The notes beneath the pieces are model-generated. The model was not told where the DNA came from. It saw nothing but the letters and a program-made list of their open reading frames with translations, and ran no database searches. Made by a program: the position numbers and the translations under genes. A stretch of 64,000 nucleotides of DNA, taken from assembly GCA_965226885.1 (NCBI GenBank), contig CBDDEL010000013.1:160001-224000 (forward strand), in the 5' to 3' direction. Positions 39,993 through 50,359 of this stretch are shown here, one piece after another (the first letter of the stretch is position 1; the number at the start of each line of letters is the position of its first letter). This DNA is from Opitutales bacterium (GTDB lineage Bacteria > Verrucomicrobiota > Verrucomicrobiia > Opitutales > UBA2987).

Positions 39993-42350
39993 TTAAATTG
40001 GCCAGAAAAAGGGAAGGGTGAGCATAACGACGACGAAGGTAACGAGGGAAAGGGGAACTCCCAGCTTCAGGTAGTCGATGAACCTATAACCGCCGGGGCC
40101 CATGACAAGGATGTTGGCCGGGTGAGAGATGGGACTGGTGAAACTGGCCGATGCCGCCACGGCGATAGCCATCATTCCAGCGTAGGGGGAAATGCCCATA
40201 TCGGCACAGGTTTTCAGAACAATGGGCGCCATCAGTACGACCAGGGCGGAGGTGGGAATTACGGTGGTGGCAATCGCCGTTACCAGATACAGCCCCATAA
40301 GGACTGGCCAGCGCCCGAAATCACCAAGGGCGGCCACCATTCCCCCAGCCAGATATTCCGCCGCCCCGCTTTGGTGCATGGCCAAGCCCAGAGGCAGCAT
40401 CCCGGCAATGAGGAAAACCGCCCTCCACTCGATGGCCTGGTAGGCTTCCTCCATTTTCAGACAGCCCGTTAAAACCATCATAGCCGCTCCGCAAACCGCC
40501 GCCAGGGAGATCGGCAAATAGCCCGCCAAAACGGGAATCAACACCGCCATCATGATGATCGCTGCCAGGGGTCCCTTGGCTGTATCCACGGCCGGTCTTT
40601 CACGCCGGGTGAGGATGAGAAAATCCGGCTCCTCAGCCAGTCGATCCAGTTTCTCCCCTGGGCCCATGAGTAATAGGGCGTCGCCGAAACGCAGTGCAAT
40701 ATCGCGCAAGTTCGACCGGCGGGGTTTACCCTCGCGCCAAATAGCCAGAATTTGCAGGCCGTATTTTTCCCGGAAATGTAGGCTCCGGGGGGTTTTTCCG
40801 GCGAGATTGGACCGGGGCGCCAGAACGGCCTCAATCATGCCCGCTTTTTCCGAATCGAGGTCCCTCAATTCCACAGAAGTTTCCCCTTCGATTTTCAATT
40901 CCTGGAGACCGCGCAGAATTTTCAAATCCACGGGCCGGCCGTGGATCGTCAATAGATCGCCCGCCTGCAATTTTTCCTCCGGCCCCGGCAGCAATTTCTT
41001 TTCACCATCCCGCGCAATAGCCAGCACTCTTAACCCGAATGCGTCGCCCAGGCGGCTTTCGGCCAGAGTCTTGCCCGCCAGAAAAGATTCTTCGGGCACC
41101 GCCACCTCGAATATTCTTTGGGCAAAACTTTGCACCTTTCCCAGATCGGATTCCGTCGCTTCCTGAAAGTTCTCGAAATCGGAGGAAGCCTCTTCCAGTA
41201 GGTCCAGTTTTTCCCTCGGGCCATGCAAAAGCAGCCGGTCTCCCCCTTGCAGGCGCGGGTCTTGCATTCCCTGTCTTGCCGATCCGGCTTTTTTCCGAAT
41301 CAAGAGCACATTTACTCCGAAGCGATTCCTGAAATCCGTTTCCGCCAGGGTCTTGCCGGTGAGCGATGACTCGGGTTTGAGGAATGCCTGGGCCAGAGAC
41401 AGATTTCCGGCCAGCAGGTCGCGAGGATCGCCCGGCATGGGATCGATCGCGAATTCCCGCCAACCCTGCAATTCGTCAAGCCTCTCCATACGGCCCTGGG
41501 CCACCAATCGGTCACCGGCCCTGAAGACGGTTGCCGGTTCGGGCGCCAGCCGGGTGCGCCCGTCACGCACCAAGGCGATCACATGCAGCCCCAGAGCGGA
41601 ACCCAAACGGCTCTCGGCCAAAGTGTTTCCGGCCAGCAAAGAATCCCTTTCCAGGCGCAATACAAAGGTAATGTCCCCGAGCGCATATTGTTCCCGCAGC
41701 GATTCCGGCGACCCTTTGAAAGAATCGGCTTCAGGGTCCACCTTGGGCAGGAAATGGCGGCCTACAAAAGCCACAAAGAGGATGCCGGCAACCATTACGC
41801 AAAGACCCACCGGCGTGTAATCGAAAAGACCGAAGGGGGCCATCTCTGCGTCTCGCAGCGCCGTGCTAACGAGGAGATTGGGCGGTGTGCCGATCAAAGT
41901 GGTGAGACCGCCCAGGAGAGTCCCGAATGCCAGGGGCATGAGCAGGCGGGAGGGTGGCCGGCCTGTTTTTCGGGCAATATCCATGACAACCGGAAGGAGG
42001 AGGGCGGCAACCCCGATATTGTTCATAAAAGCGGATAAACCGCCACCCGCCACCATGATCACGATGATCGTGCGCGCTTCGCTCGTTCCAGTCAGACGCA
42101 GAATCATTTTACCGATTTGGTCGGCCACACCGGTCCGGCTGAGTCCCTCGCTAAGAATGAACATGGCCCAAATGGCCACCACGGCCGGATTGCTGAACCC
42201 AGAAAAAGCCTCCTCCGGACTGACCAGGCCGGTCAAAGCGAGCGATCCCAAAACCAGTAAAGCGACCAGGTCCATGCGAATGAGCTCGGTCAGGAAAAGA
42301 ATGAGCGATACGACCAAAATGGCCAACACTCCAGCAATCTCCAAAGTCAT
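39993..42350 (-). CDS. SLC13/DASS-family permease with multiple TrkA-C (RCK_C) domains
   Basis: SAFMNN, TLIGTPPN, FTSPISHPAN..VMGPGGYRF.DY; four repeats of the L.G.TL.E......GD.L pattern. Confidence 0.92.
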   Translation of the reverse strand: MTLEIAGVLAILVVSLILFLTELIRMDLVALLVLGSLALTGLVSPEEAFSGFSNPAVVAIWAMFILSEGLSRTGVADQIGKMILRLTGTSEARTIIVIMVAGGGLSAFMNNIGVAALLLPVVMDIARKTGRPPSRLLMPLAFGTLLGGLTTLIGTPPNLLVSTALRDAEMAPFGLFDYTPVGLCVMVAGILFVAFVGRHFLPKVDPEADSFKGSPESLREQYALGDITFVLRLERDSLLAGNTLAESRLGSALGLHVIALVRDGRTRLAPEPATVFRAGDRLVAQGRMERLDELQGWREFAIDPMPGDPRDLLAGNLSLAQAFLKPESSLTGKTLAETDFRNRFGVNVLLIRKKAGSARQGMQDPRLQGGDRLLLHGPREKLDLLEEASSDFENFQEATESDLGKVQSFAQRIFEVAVPEESFLAGKTLAESRLGDAFGLRVLAIARDGEKKLLPGPEEKLQAGDLLTIHGRPVDLKILRGLQELKIEGETSVELRDLDSEKAGMIEAVLAPRSNLAGKTPRSLHFREKYGLQILAIWREGKPRRSNLRDIALRFGDALLLMGPGEKLDRLAEEPDFLILTRRERPAVDTAKGPLAAIIMMAVLIPVLAGYLPISLAAVCGAAMMVLTGCLKMEEAYQAIEWRAVFLIAGMLPLGLAMHQSGAAEYLAGGMVAALGDFGRWPVLMGLYLVTAIATTVIPTSALVVLMAPIVLKTCADMGISPYAGMMAIAVAASASFTSPISHPANILVMGPGGYRFIDYLKLGVPLSLVTFVVVMLTLPFFWPI

Positions 42351-42405
42351 AAAAAAGTTTTCAAGTTGGATTTCTCACTCCCGAAAGCCCTTTATTTATA
42401 ATTTC

Positions 42406-42714
42406 CTATCGAACGAACTCAGGGTGCTTGACTTCCGCTTCGATACGCTTCCCGAATCGCTCCTCCGCCACTTCCAAATCGTGTTCGGACTGGAGACCAA
42501 GCCAGAACCCGGCAGTCGTGCCAAAATATTTGGAGAATCGCAAAGCAGTTTCAGCCGTTATCGAGCGTCTCCCCTTAACGATTTCCGTGATGCGAGACTG
42601 CGGCATTCCCGAATCCTGCGCCAATCGATATTGCGACAGGCCCATGGGCTTGAGAAACTCCTCCAACAAAATCTCACCGGGATGAATTAATGGTAATTTC
42701 TTCTGCTTTTTCAT
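42406..42714 (-). CDS. higA: HigA antitoxin
   Basis: IHPGEILLEEFL, RRSITAETALR, FWLGLQ. Confidence 0.95.
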   Translation of the reverse strand: MKKQKKLPLIHPGEILLEEFLKPMGLSQYRLAQDSGMPQSRITEIVKGRRSITAETALRFSKYFGTTAGFWLGLQSEHDLEVAEERFGKRIEAEVKHPEFVR

Positions 42715-42732
42715 TGTTTAGGTTGTTTTTAA

Positions 42733-43014
42733 TTAATGATAATCGACAATTTCAACATCATAGGCATCGCCTGATTTCCATCGGAAGCATATCCGCCACT
42801 GATCGTTAATCCGAATACTCAATTGTCCCTTTCTGTTCCCTTTGAGACGTTCCAATTGATTCGCTGGAGGTATTCTAATATCCTGAAGTTCTTTGGCCTG
42901 ATTGAGCATTCTTAGCTTTCGGCGTGCCACTTTCTGAACATTAAGAGGTAGTTTTCGAGAAACCTCCCGCAGGTAAAGGCGCTCTGTTTCCCTGTGCCGA
43001 AAACTACGAATCAT
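42733..43014 (-). CDS. higB: HigB (RelE-like) toxin
   Basis: MIRSF, PPANQLERLKG, SIRINDQWRICF.W, EIVDYH; toxin upstream of antitoxin. Confidence 0.95.
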   Translation of the reverse strand: MIRSFRHRETERLYLREVSRKLPLNVQKVARRKLRMLNQAKELQDIRIPPANQLERLKGNRKGQLSIRINDQWRICFRWKSGDAYDVEIVDYH

Positions 43015-43105
43015 CGGTTTAAAAAATGCCTCGCTCCACTACATACGTCAAGCGTAATATTTCCATCTTTCGTAAGTATCCGCCTAATCGTCGCAATTTC
43101 CCTCT

Positions 43106-43516
43106 TCACGCCAGGTGGGGTGGGCGGCCGTCAATGGTGGCTTTGGACCGTTTTTTCTTCTTTTTCTTTGGGATGGTTCCCATGCGGGGGTCGTGGTTGA
43201 GGATGAGTTCCACCAATTGCCGGGTGATGGCCTCGAAGCGGTCGTCCGTTTCCGGCAGGTAGAGCCATTTGGGTAATATTTCATGGGGCTCCAGTTCCGG
43301 GAACTGGGCCAAAAGGGATTCGTGATGCTCCCGCTCGGTGGTCACGAGAATGCCCCTCCAGGGCTCTTCGCGGGCCGAGAGAACGAGCACAATCTTGCCG
43401 TCGAAATAACACCCCACCGATCCGAACATCGGTTTGGCCAGAAAAGAAGGCTTTCCCGCCAGAGGCTCCACCATCCAGAAATAAGGGTGCGATTTAAGTT
43501 TCATTTTCCCCGACAT
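43106..43516 (-). CDS. Hypothetical protein, TfoX-N-like
   Basis: KPMFG....YFDGK, EEPWRGILV, H.ILPKWLYLPE, DPRMG. Confidence 0.6.
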   Translation of the reverse strand: MSGKMKLKSHPYFWMVEPLAGKPSFLAKPMFGSVGCYFDGKIVLVLSAREEPWRGILVTTEREHHESLLAQFPELEPHEILPKWLYLPETDDRFEAITRQLVELILNHDPRMGTIPKKKKKKRSKATIDGRPPHLA

Positions 43517-43565
43517 GTTATATTTAGGGTAGTCTTTTGGCAATGCCAATGGATGAGGGATAATC

Positions 43566-44573
43566 ATGTTTATAGACGAAGTGACAGTGAAACTGAAATC
43601 AGGGGACGGCGGCAGCGGGTGCGTCAGCTTTCGCCGCGAACGGCATCGGCCCAAGGGCGGACCGGACGGCGGCAACGGCGGCAAGGGGGGCGACGTGATC
43701 TTGGTCTGCAACGAAAATAAGGGGGATTTAGTCCAATATAAATTCAAACCCCATGCCCATGCGGAAAATGGCCAGCCCGGTCGGGGAGGCGATAAAGACG
43801 GCCGAGGCGGCGCGGATATCCTACTCCCGGTACCGCCCGGTACGGTTGTTTTGAGCAAAAGCACAGGAAAAGTGGTGACTGAAATGATCCGCCATGAAGA
43901 GTCTGTCGTATTGCTCCAAGGCGGCCGAGGCGGCCTGGGTAACATGCGCTTCAAGTCATCCATCAATCGGACGCCGCGACAATCGACTCCGGGCCAGCTA
44001 GGACAGGGGGGAGTTTTTCAATTCGTTCTGAAGATCATCGCCGATGTCGGATTAGTGGGCTTGCCCAATGCCGGAAAATCCAGCCTGACCGGCCTCATCA
44101 CCCGCGCCCATCCCAAGACTGCGGCCTATCCCTTTACGACGTTGCATCCCAATGTGGGGGTGGTCGAAATCCCGGAAGAGTACGCCAGATTTCTGATGGC
44201 CGACATTCCCGGACTGGTGGCGGGCGCTCATACCGGCAAAGGCCTAGGACACCGCTTTCTAAGACATATCGAACGGTGCCCGCTGCATTTGTTCATCATC
44301 GACATGGCCGGTGTGGACGGCCGGGACCCGACCGATGATTACGAGCAGCTCCTGCGGGAACTCGACCATTACAACCCGCAGCTTTTACAAAAATCCCATC
44401 TTGTGGCGGCCAATAAAATGGATTTGGCGGAAGCTCCAGCGAATTTGAAATTATTTATGAAAAAGCATACCGAGACCAATGCCCTGCCCATTTCCTGCCT
44501 GCTCCAATCCGGGATTGAGGACTTGAAAATAAAGCTCTACAGACGACTGCAATCGGAGGCCGCCAAGCCCTGA
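43566..44573 (+). CDS. obgE: GTPase Obg
   Basis: MFIDEV, GGPDGGNGGKGG, GLPNAGKSS, YPFTTL.P, DIPG, NKMD. Confidence 0.97.
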   Translation: MFIDEVTVKLKSGDGGSGCVSFRRERHRPKGGPDGGNGGKGGDVILVCNENKGDLVQYKFKPHAHAENGQPGRGGDKDGRGGADILLPVPPGTVVLSKSTGKVVTEMIRHEESVVLLQGGRGGLGNMRFKSSINRTPRQSTPGQLGQGGVFQFVLKIIADVGLVGLPNAGKSSLTGLITRAHPKTAAYPFTTLHPNVGVVEIPEEYARFLMADIPGLVAGAHTGKGLGHRFLRHIERCPLHLFIIDMAGVDGRDPTDDYEQLLRELDHYNPQLLQKSHLVAANKMDLAEAPANLKLFMKKHTETNALPISCLLQSGIEDLKIKLYRRLQSEAAKP

Positions 44574-44760
44574 AATATCAATTATTTTAACAGGATCATT
44601 TCCCAGCGTTGACGGCAGGGAATAGCATTTTAAGAGCTCAAATTAAGGATGTTTCAGGGTTGATTTGTTTTCGTTCAGGTATTATCTTGCTGGCCGATTA
44701 ATTGTTCTGAAAGACAAGTTTTCAGAATTTCAAGGGGACCAGGGGCCAGGGGAATAATAA

Positions 44761-46002
44761 ATGTCAAAAAACATCCTCATAGTGGATGACGACGCTGATT
44801 TTAACAGCTTGTTAACCGATGTTTTCCTTCAGACCGATTATAACGCGGTTTCTGTGCTGGACCCACGCCAAGCCGTCGAACTTTTCAGCCGGAACCATTT
44901 CGATCTGGTCATCAGCGATTATATGATGCCGCAAATGACTGGGGTGGAGTTTATCCGCGCCATCCGGAAAATTCGGGACGATGTGCCGGTCGTTCTGGTG
45001 TCGGGATTTCTTGAAAAAAGCGTGATCGAGGAATTACTGGCGGAAGAGGTTAAAGGCATATTCCTCAAGCCTTTGAACATTTTCTCACTCTTGAATGATT
45101 CACTGTTATTTATCGAGGATCCACCCACGCCCGATTTTTCATCGGAAAAAACGGCGGAATTTTGCCGCCAGGACCTGATCTGGCAAATGCGATCCTTTCC
45201 CTGCAAGACAGCCGCCAGCCTGGATTTTGCCGGCCAATTGTATGCCAGCAGAAATTTTCAATCGGCCCTTCTGCTGGAGGGCGAGAAAGGTAGCCAATTT
45301 AAAAGAATCTGCCGGGACCTGGACAATTTCAGCCACCCGGATGAAGAACGATTTTACTACCTCGAAGCGGGCACCATAGCGACCGAAAATTTAAAGAAAG
45401 ACCTTCAGAAACTAGGCGCTAGATCAAGCGGGCGCATCACCCTCGTCGCCTTGCAAACGGAAAGACTTCGGAAGGAGGAAAGGACACTCATTTGCGACCT
45501 CGCTCATAAAGAAAAACCTTTTGAAGACCTGTCCGGCCAATATCGATTTGTTTTTTGTCTGACCCGGAATTTGGAAGACCTCCATGAGGAGGGGCATATA
45601 GATGAGCAGTTTTATTGCTTTCTGTCTTCGACAAAATCAAAAATCGTTATCCCTCCACTCCGCCATTGCCGGGAGGACATATTTTTCCTGGGACAACAAA
45701 TATTGAAAGAGGAAGCGGAAAAAACCCGGATGCCCAGGCCGCCCATGATCGAAGGAGCCGCCATTGATTACCTCAAAAACAAAAATTGGCCGGGTAATTT
45801 CGCCGAGTTGCAGGAATTGTTGCAATTAACCTTAAAAATGGGCAATTCGCTCCTGCTCGAAGTGGATGATTTCCGCAAAGCCCAGGAATTCAAAGACCTG
45901 CATCCAAAAAATGTAGCCATTGAAAACTTGCAGGATTATGTTAAAAAAACAAAGAAAAATACACCGGCACGGTTTATAATCTCTTGCAGGAGGATTCCGT
46001 AG
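44761..46002 (+). CDS. Response regulator with degenerate sigma54-activator (NtrC-like) AAA+ domain
   Basis: Intact receiver (VDDD, SDYMMP, KP); PPLR..REDI and WPGN..EL kept; Walker A degenerate, no GAFTGA. Confidence 0.8.
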   Translation: MSKNILIVDDDADFNSLLTDVFLQTDYNAVSVLDPRQAVELFSRNHFDLVISDYMMPQMTGVEFIRAIRKIRDDVPVVLVSGFLEKSVIEELLAEEVKGIFLKPLNIFSLLNDSLLFIEDPPTPDFSSEKTAEFCRQDLIWQMRSFPCKTAASLDFAGQLYASRNFQSALLLEGEKGSQFKRICRDLDNFSHPDEERFYYLEAGTIATENLKKDLQKLGARSSGRITLVALQTERLRKEERTLICDLAHKEKPFEDLSGQYRFVFCLTRNLEDLHEEGHIDEQFYCFLSSTKSKIVIPPLRHCREDIFFLGQQILKEEAEKTRMPRPPMIEGAAIDYLKNKNWPGNFAELQELLQLTLKMGNSLLLEVDDFRKAQEFKDLHPKNVAIENLQDYVKKTKKNTPARFIISCRRIP

Positions 46003-46096
46003 AAACAGATGACGAACCCGGAATAAATACTCAAACGGCACCAAAAATCCTTCCCAAAAAGAAAGCATCGGCGCCCAAGGTTTGAATCAATCCAGC

Positions 46097-46906
46097 TTAA
46101 CCCAAATCCTCATCACCGATATTCATATCGTCCTCGATTCCAATATCATCGAAACCCATATCCTCGAAACCGGATTCGTCCATCCCGGTGTCAAGAGCGG
46201 CGCTCTCCTCCAAGGCGGATTCATCCGCGCCTGCCGCCGCCATTTCCTCACCCTCTCCGGCGCCTCCCGCAAATCGACGGTGAAGGTGGAGAAAATACCT
46301 GAATTGACGAAATTCTTCCGGTAAAAAAACCTCGAGATTCTGGTGCAATTCCGAGTCGTCCATTGCCTTCCACTGCACTTGCAGGATTTGGGGATGTTTC
46401 TCCGGCTCCGTTTGGATAAAAAGAGGGCAATCGACGCAGTGGGAGCCGCTGATGCGCTTTTTGCAATAATCCAGGATCTGCCGCCGGTATTCGCCCACCT
46501 CATTGGCCGTGCAATAGCTCAGCCGGCAATTGGCAAATTCCGGCTGCAAAAGCGCTGCCAGGAGATAATTCCCCACATGGGCCAGCTCGAATTCAGCCTC
46601 TGAATCATCGAGCCGATCAAGCAACTCGGTGATCAATTCCGTTTTCCGATCGACATCAAGGCTCTGGGGCTCCCCCTTTTCACCCTTGGGCAAAGACCCT
46701 GAAATCCCCTCCTCATTCGCTAGTTCCCAGAGGACGCCGGCATAGTGCTCCACCGTATCGGGATCGATCGCGGCCAGACCATTTTTGGCGCAAAAACTAT
46801 CGACAATGGGAGTGACGAGGGCCGCAAAAGCCTCGCTTTCAACCTCATTGTGCTGTTCCAGAAAACCCAGGTAAGCCTCCCTGGTCAAATTAGAGTATTC
46901 GAACAT
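46097..46906 (-). CDS. Hypothetical protein with Cys motifs and acidic C-terminal tail
   Basis: 269-aa ORF with purine-rich RBS; CRLSYC, RISGSHCVDCP; D/E-rich tail. Confidence 0.75.
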   Translation of the reverse strand: MFEYSNLTREAYLGFLEQHNEVESEAFAALVTPIVDSFCAKNGLAAIDPDTVEHYAGVLWELANEEGISGSLPKGEKGEPQSLDVDRKTELITELLDRLDDSEAEFELAHVGNYLLAALLQPEFANCRLSYCTANEVGEYRRQILDYCKKRISGSHCVDCPLFIQTEPEKHPQILQVQWKAMDDSELHQNLEVFLPEEFRQFRYFLHLHRRFAGGAGEGEEMAAAGADESALEESAALDTGMDESGFEDMGFDDIGIEDDMNIGDEDLG

Positions 46907-47067
46907 AACCTCGCTCTCCCCCTCAAGCTCTCAAGCCAAGAGCGGGCATGAACAAGAACAAAACTTGCGAAAGCCAGGCCGCAATGTCAACTATTCACCA
47001 CAAAACGAACGCAAAGCCACCCGACCCGCGCCCAGGTCCGATATAACACCCCGCCGGATAAATCACA

Positions 47068-48688
47068 TCACCGCACGGGCGGATGAAATTCCCACTCCTT
47101 GGTGCGAAAATTATAGAATACCCGAACCGTGTCGGCGCTGGACATGTTTAGGCGAAAATGCAGCCACGTATCGTCGCTCTGTCGATACATCATGGGATAG
47201 ATGGTCTCGCTCGTCCACATGAACCCCAAGACCGGTTCCCACAGCCAGATGTCGAAGGGGTCGAGCCCGTAAATGCGCAGCCAGCCATGATCGAAAAAAT
47301 AAATCCACGGGTAATAATCGTCTCGGTAATCTCTAAACGCCCCGGTAGTGTATTAAGTAGGAATGGTGGCTAATTCTTGATTATATTGATGAATGAAAAT
47401 CTTGATTATATTGATGAATGAAAAGTCTCAGACAGGTTTCATGCATACTCTTAAGCTTGGAAAAGGAGAGGGTTTTGCGTGTGAAACGACCCAGTCGTTG
47501 GCGCAGGGTATTGTTCCATCGTTCCACATGGGCCGTTTCACCGGTTTCTTTTCCCACGGATCGGTTATGAGGAAAGACTTCATCATAAGTGCTCCAAAAG
47601 TCGCTGTAGGTGGCACATCTTTTGTAGGCCCGTGGCAGACGCTCGTAAAGTTCCCGGCAACGATACCAATCCCGAGGCCCAATGGCATAGGAGAGGATTT
47701 GACGGGTGCGTCGGCAAAGAGCGATCCAAACCCATTGGGCATCGCTCTTGCGCCCCACAAAAGACCACAGTTCGTCCAGTTCAATGACATCATGGCGGCG
47801 GGCCGCAAGAATCGTGCTTTTGAGCGGTCGCAGCGATTGTCGTTTTTTTTAACCAACTCAAAACGGTGTTGGGACTCACCCCGAAGGCGCGCTGTAAACC
47901 GCGTAGACTGCTGCGTTCCTGATAGACTCGAAGGATCATTTCCTTTTGCTCTTCGGTGTATTTCACTGTGGGGTTTTCGCGGCTTTGTTTACCACAATCA
48001 TGGCAGCGGTAGCGCTGTTTATGGTTGGGCGTCTTGCCAAATTTAATGATATTTTCACTTCCACAGTGCCGACAATTAATAATTTTAGTAACCATGCACT
48101 AAGAATAAACTGCCTAACGCTATTTGTACAGCTAAAAATACAAAATAACATTCTTTTTTTATACACTACCAACGCCCCAAAGGCACGCTTCCACCCATCG
48201 CTGAGAAAATATATTGGTTGAATGGGCAGTTCACCGATTATGGTGTAACCAACGAATCCAATTAATCCCTGCGTATTTTTGATCCATCCGTCCGGATTTG
48301 CTTCAACGAAAGATGGTCTTCCATCAAGTATTGTGAGGACCCCTTCGGCAAAAGTAACGAGGGAAATGACCGACCAGGACCAGGCGGGAGCATTCTCCAG
48401 CAGGTAATTGCGGTTGATGGGACTGGACCATGGCGCAATGGCAGCGACCACAATCATTATTGGCGGCGTTTCATCACCGATGATGCTTCGGGCAAATTCG
48501 ATCTGTTCCTGGTCCGCGATAGGCACGACATACGATTGCATTGTTTGAGGATCATCAGGCGTCCGGTTCGGTTCGCCTACGACAAAATACCGAGGCCTGT
48601 CTGCCTGCGCTTCAGACAGCAGGAGTAGCGCCATGGCTGCCGTTATCATTAAAATCTTGATTACCAAACCTGTCCTTTTTGATTTCAT
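47068..48688 (-). pseudogene. Secreted protein split by IS1 copy 4
   Basis: Removing the IS and one TSD restores one frame: signal peptide ... GWKRAFGA|FRDYRDDYYPWIYFFDHGWLRIY...EWEFHPPVR-stop. Confidence 0.85.
47344..48170 (-). mobile_element. IS1-family element, copy 4, with an internal 25-bp tandem duplication
   Basis: IRs present; 8-bp TSD AACGCCCC (47336-47343 and 48171-48178); TCTTGATTATATTGATGAATGAAAA twice at 47375-47424. Confidence 0.95.
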
Positions 48689-49034
48689 TTTTTCAAGCAT
48701 CTGGTTTTGAATCTTTGAGGGATTATGGTGTCTACGGCGGGGAGCCATTGGTCCCCGAAATTTCAATTTCCTCTCATTGCTCCGTGCTGTAGTTATAAAA
48801 ATCACGGTCCTCGGTTTGCGGATTATCATTATATTCAAGCCACACTGCATCGTTGCCCCGTCAGAAAAATCAAATCACGGCACCGGCGGATGAAACTCCC
48901 ATTCCTTGGTGCGAAAAATTAGTTTCCGGTAATTTCCTCAATGGCTTTGAATTCCTTATCGGCAAATGAGTAATATTTCTCGGTGAGTTCGGTTGTCCAA
49001 AGCCAGCCGTGTTCTTCTGAAAACAGGTAAAAGC

Positions 49035-50359
49035 TGATGTGCACTGGAAAAAGTGGACACGAGATTCTCCTAAATGGAGAATCGAAGCATGGGAAGAAGA
49101 CGCAGTATAGAGTTCAAAAATGAGGCAGTTCAACTGATGATACTCGATGGTCTGAGCGCCACCGAGGTATCGACCAAACTTGGGGTCAACACCAACCAAT
49201 TGTATAGGTGGAAGAGGCTCTATCTGGACGATCAGCAGGGCGAAGCCACCTCAAAGCGACAGAGCAGTCCGAAGGAGATGGCGGCCGAGATAGATCGTCT
49301 TCGCAAAGAGCTGCGCCGCTCGGAGCGGATCAACCAGATACTAAAAAAAACGGTGGGCTACTTTGCCAAGGACGAACAATGAAGTACCAGTTTGTCAAAG
49401 ACAACGAGGGGCGCTTCAAGATCGAGGAAATATGCTCGGCGATGGGGATTTGTCGCAGTGGCTATTACTGCTGGAGGCACCGAGCGCCCTCGGCCCGGCG
49501 GATCGAGGACGAGGGAATCAAGGGGGCGATCCTGAAGGTACACAAAGAGGCCAAGGGCCGCTATGGGCATCGGCCAATGCACCGCCATCTGAAGGATGAT
49601 GAGGGCATCGATTGCGGCCGTGACCGGGCTCTGCGTCTGATGCGTGAAATGGGAATCAAAAGCACCCAGAGTAAACGCTTTAAGCCATTAAAAACCAACA
49701 GTAACCATCCCTATGGTTACAGCCCCAATGTGCTTAAAAAGCATGGCCAGCCGACCCATATCGACGAGGTCTGGGTGGCGGACACGACCTACCTACGGAC
49801 CCTGGCCGGTTGGATGTACTTGGCCACGGTGATGGACCTGTTCAGCCGACGCCTGCTGGGCTGGAGCGTTTCCAACCACAACGACGCGAAGCTGGTTGGC
49901 AAGGCCCTCAAAGCCGCGGCCATGACCCGCGGCACACTGCGCACCGGGATTATTCATCACAGCGATCGGGGCAGCCCCTACGCCAGCGACGACTATCAGA
50001 GGCTGGTCTCTGAACTAGGCATGAAGCCGAGCATGAGCGCCCAAGGCAACTGCTACGACAACGCGGCCATGGAATCGTTCTACGGCCGCTTCAAGACCAG
50101 CACGATTCGAGGCCGCCACTTTGCCGACGAGCGCGAACTGCGATCAACTGTCTTCGAATACGTGGAAATCTTCTACAACCGATATCGCAAACATTCCTCT
50201 CTGAGTTACCAAAGCCCAGTCCAATTCGAGGAAAATATTTGCCCCCCATGGGGGGCAACGAGAAAACAAAACCCTTTACCAAAACAAGCCGCCTGACACA
50301 CTAATCAATAAACAATGAATATAAGAGAATCCCGTGTCCAACAAATCCAGTACACGTCA
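49035..50359 (+). mobile_element. IS3-family element (orfA 49089-49382, orfB 49379-50296)
   Basis: Imperfect 25-bp IRs with TG...CA ends; HTH OrfA; OrfB WVADTTY, HHSDRGS, CYDNAAMESF; A8C -1 slippery site near 49343. Confidence 0.95.

Noticed and set aside
43517..43966. Long N-terminal extension of ORF 43106-43966
   Set aside because: It overlaps obgE on the opposite strand; the real start is probably at 43516 or 43504
47963..48850. 295-aa ORF as an intact gene
   Set aside because: Its C-terminus is read-through into IS1; the true 3' part lies at 47068-47343
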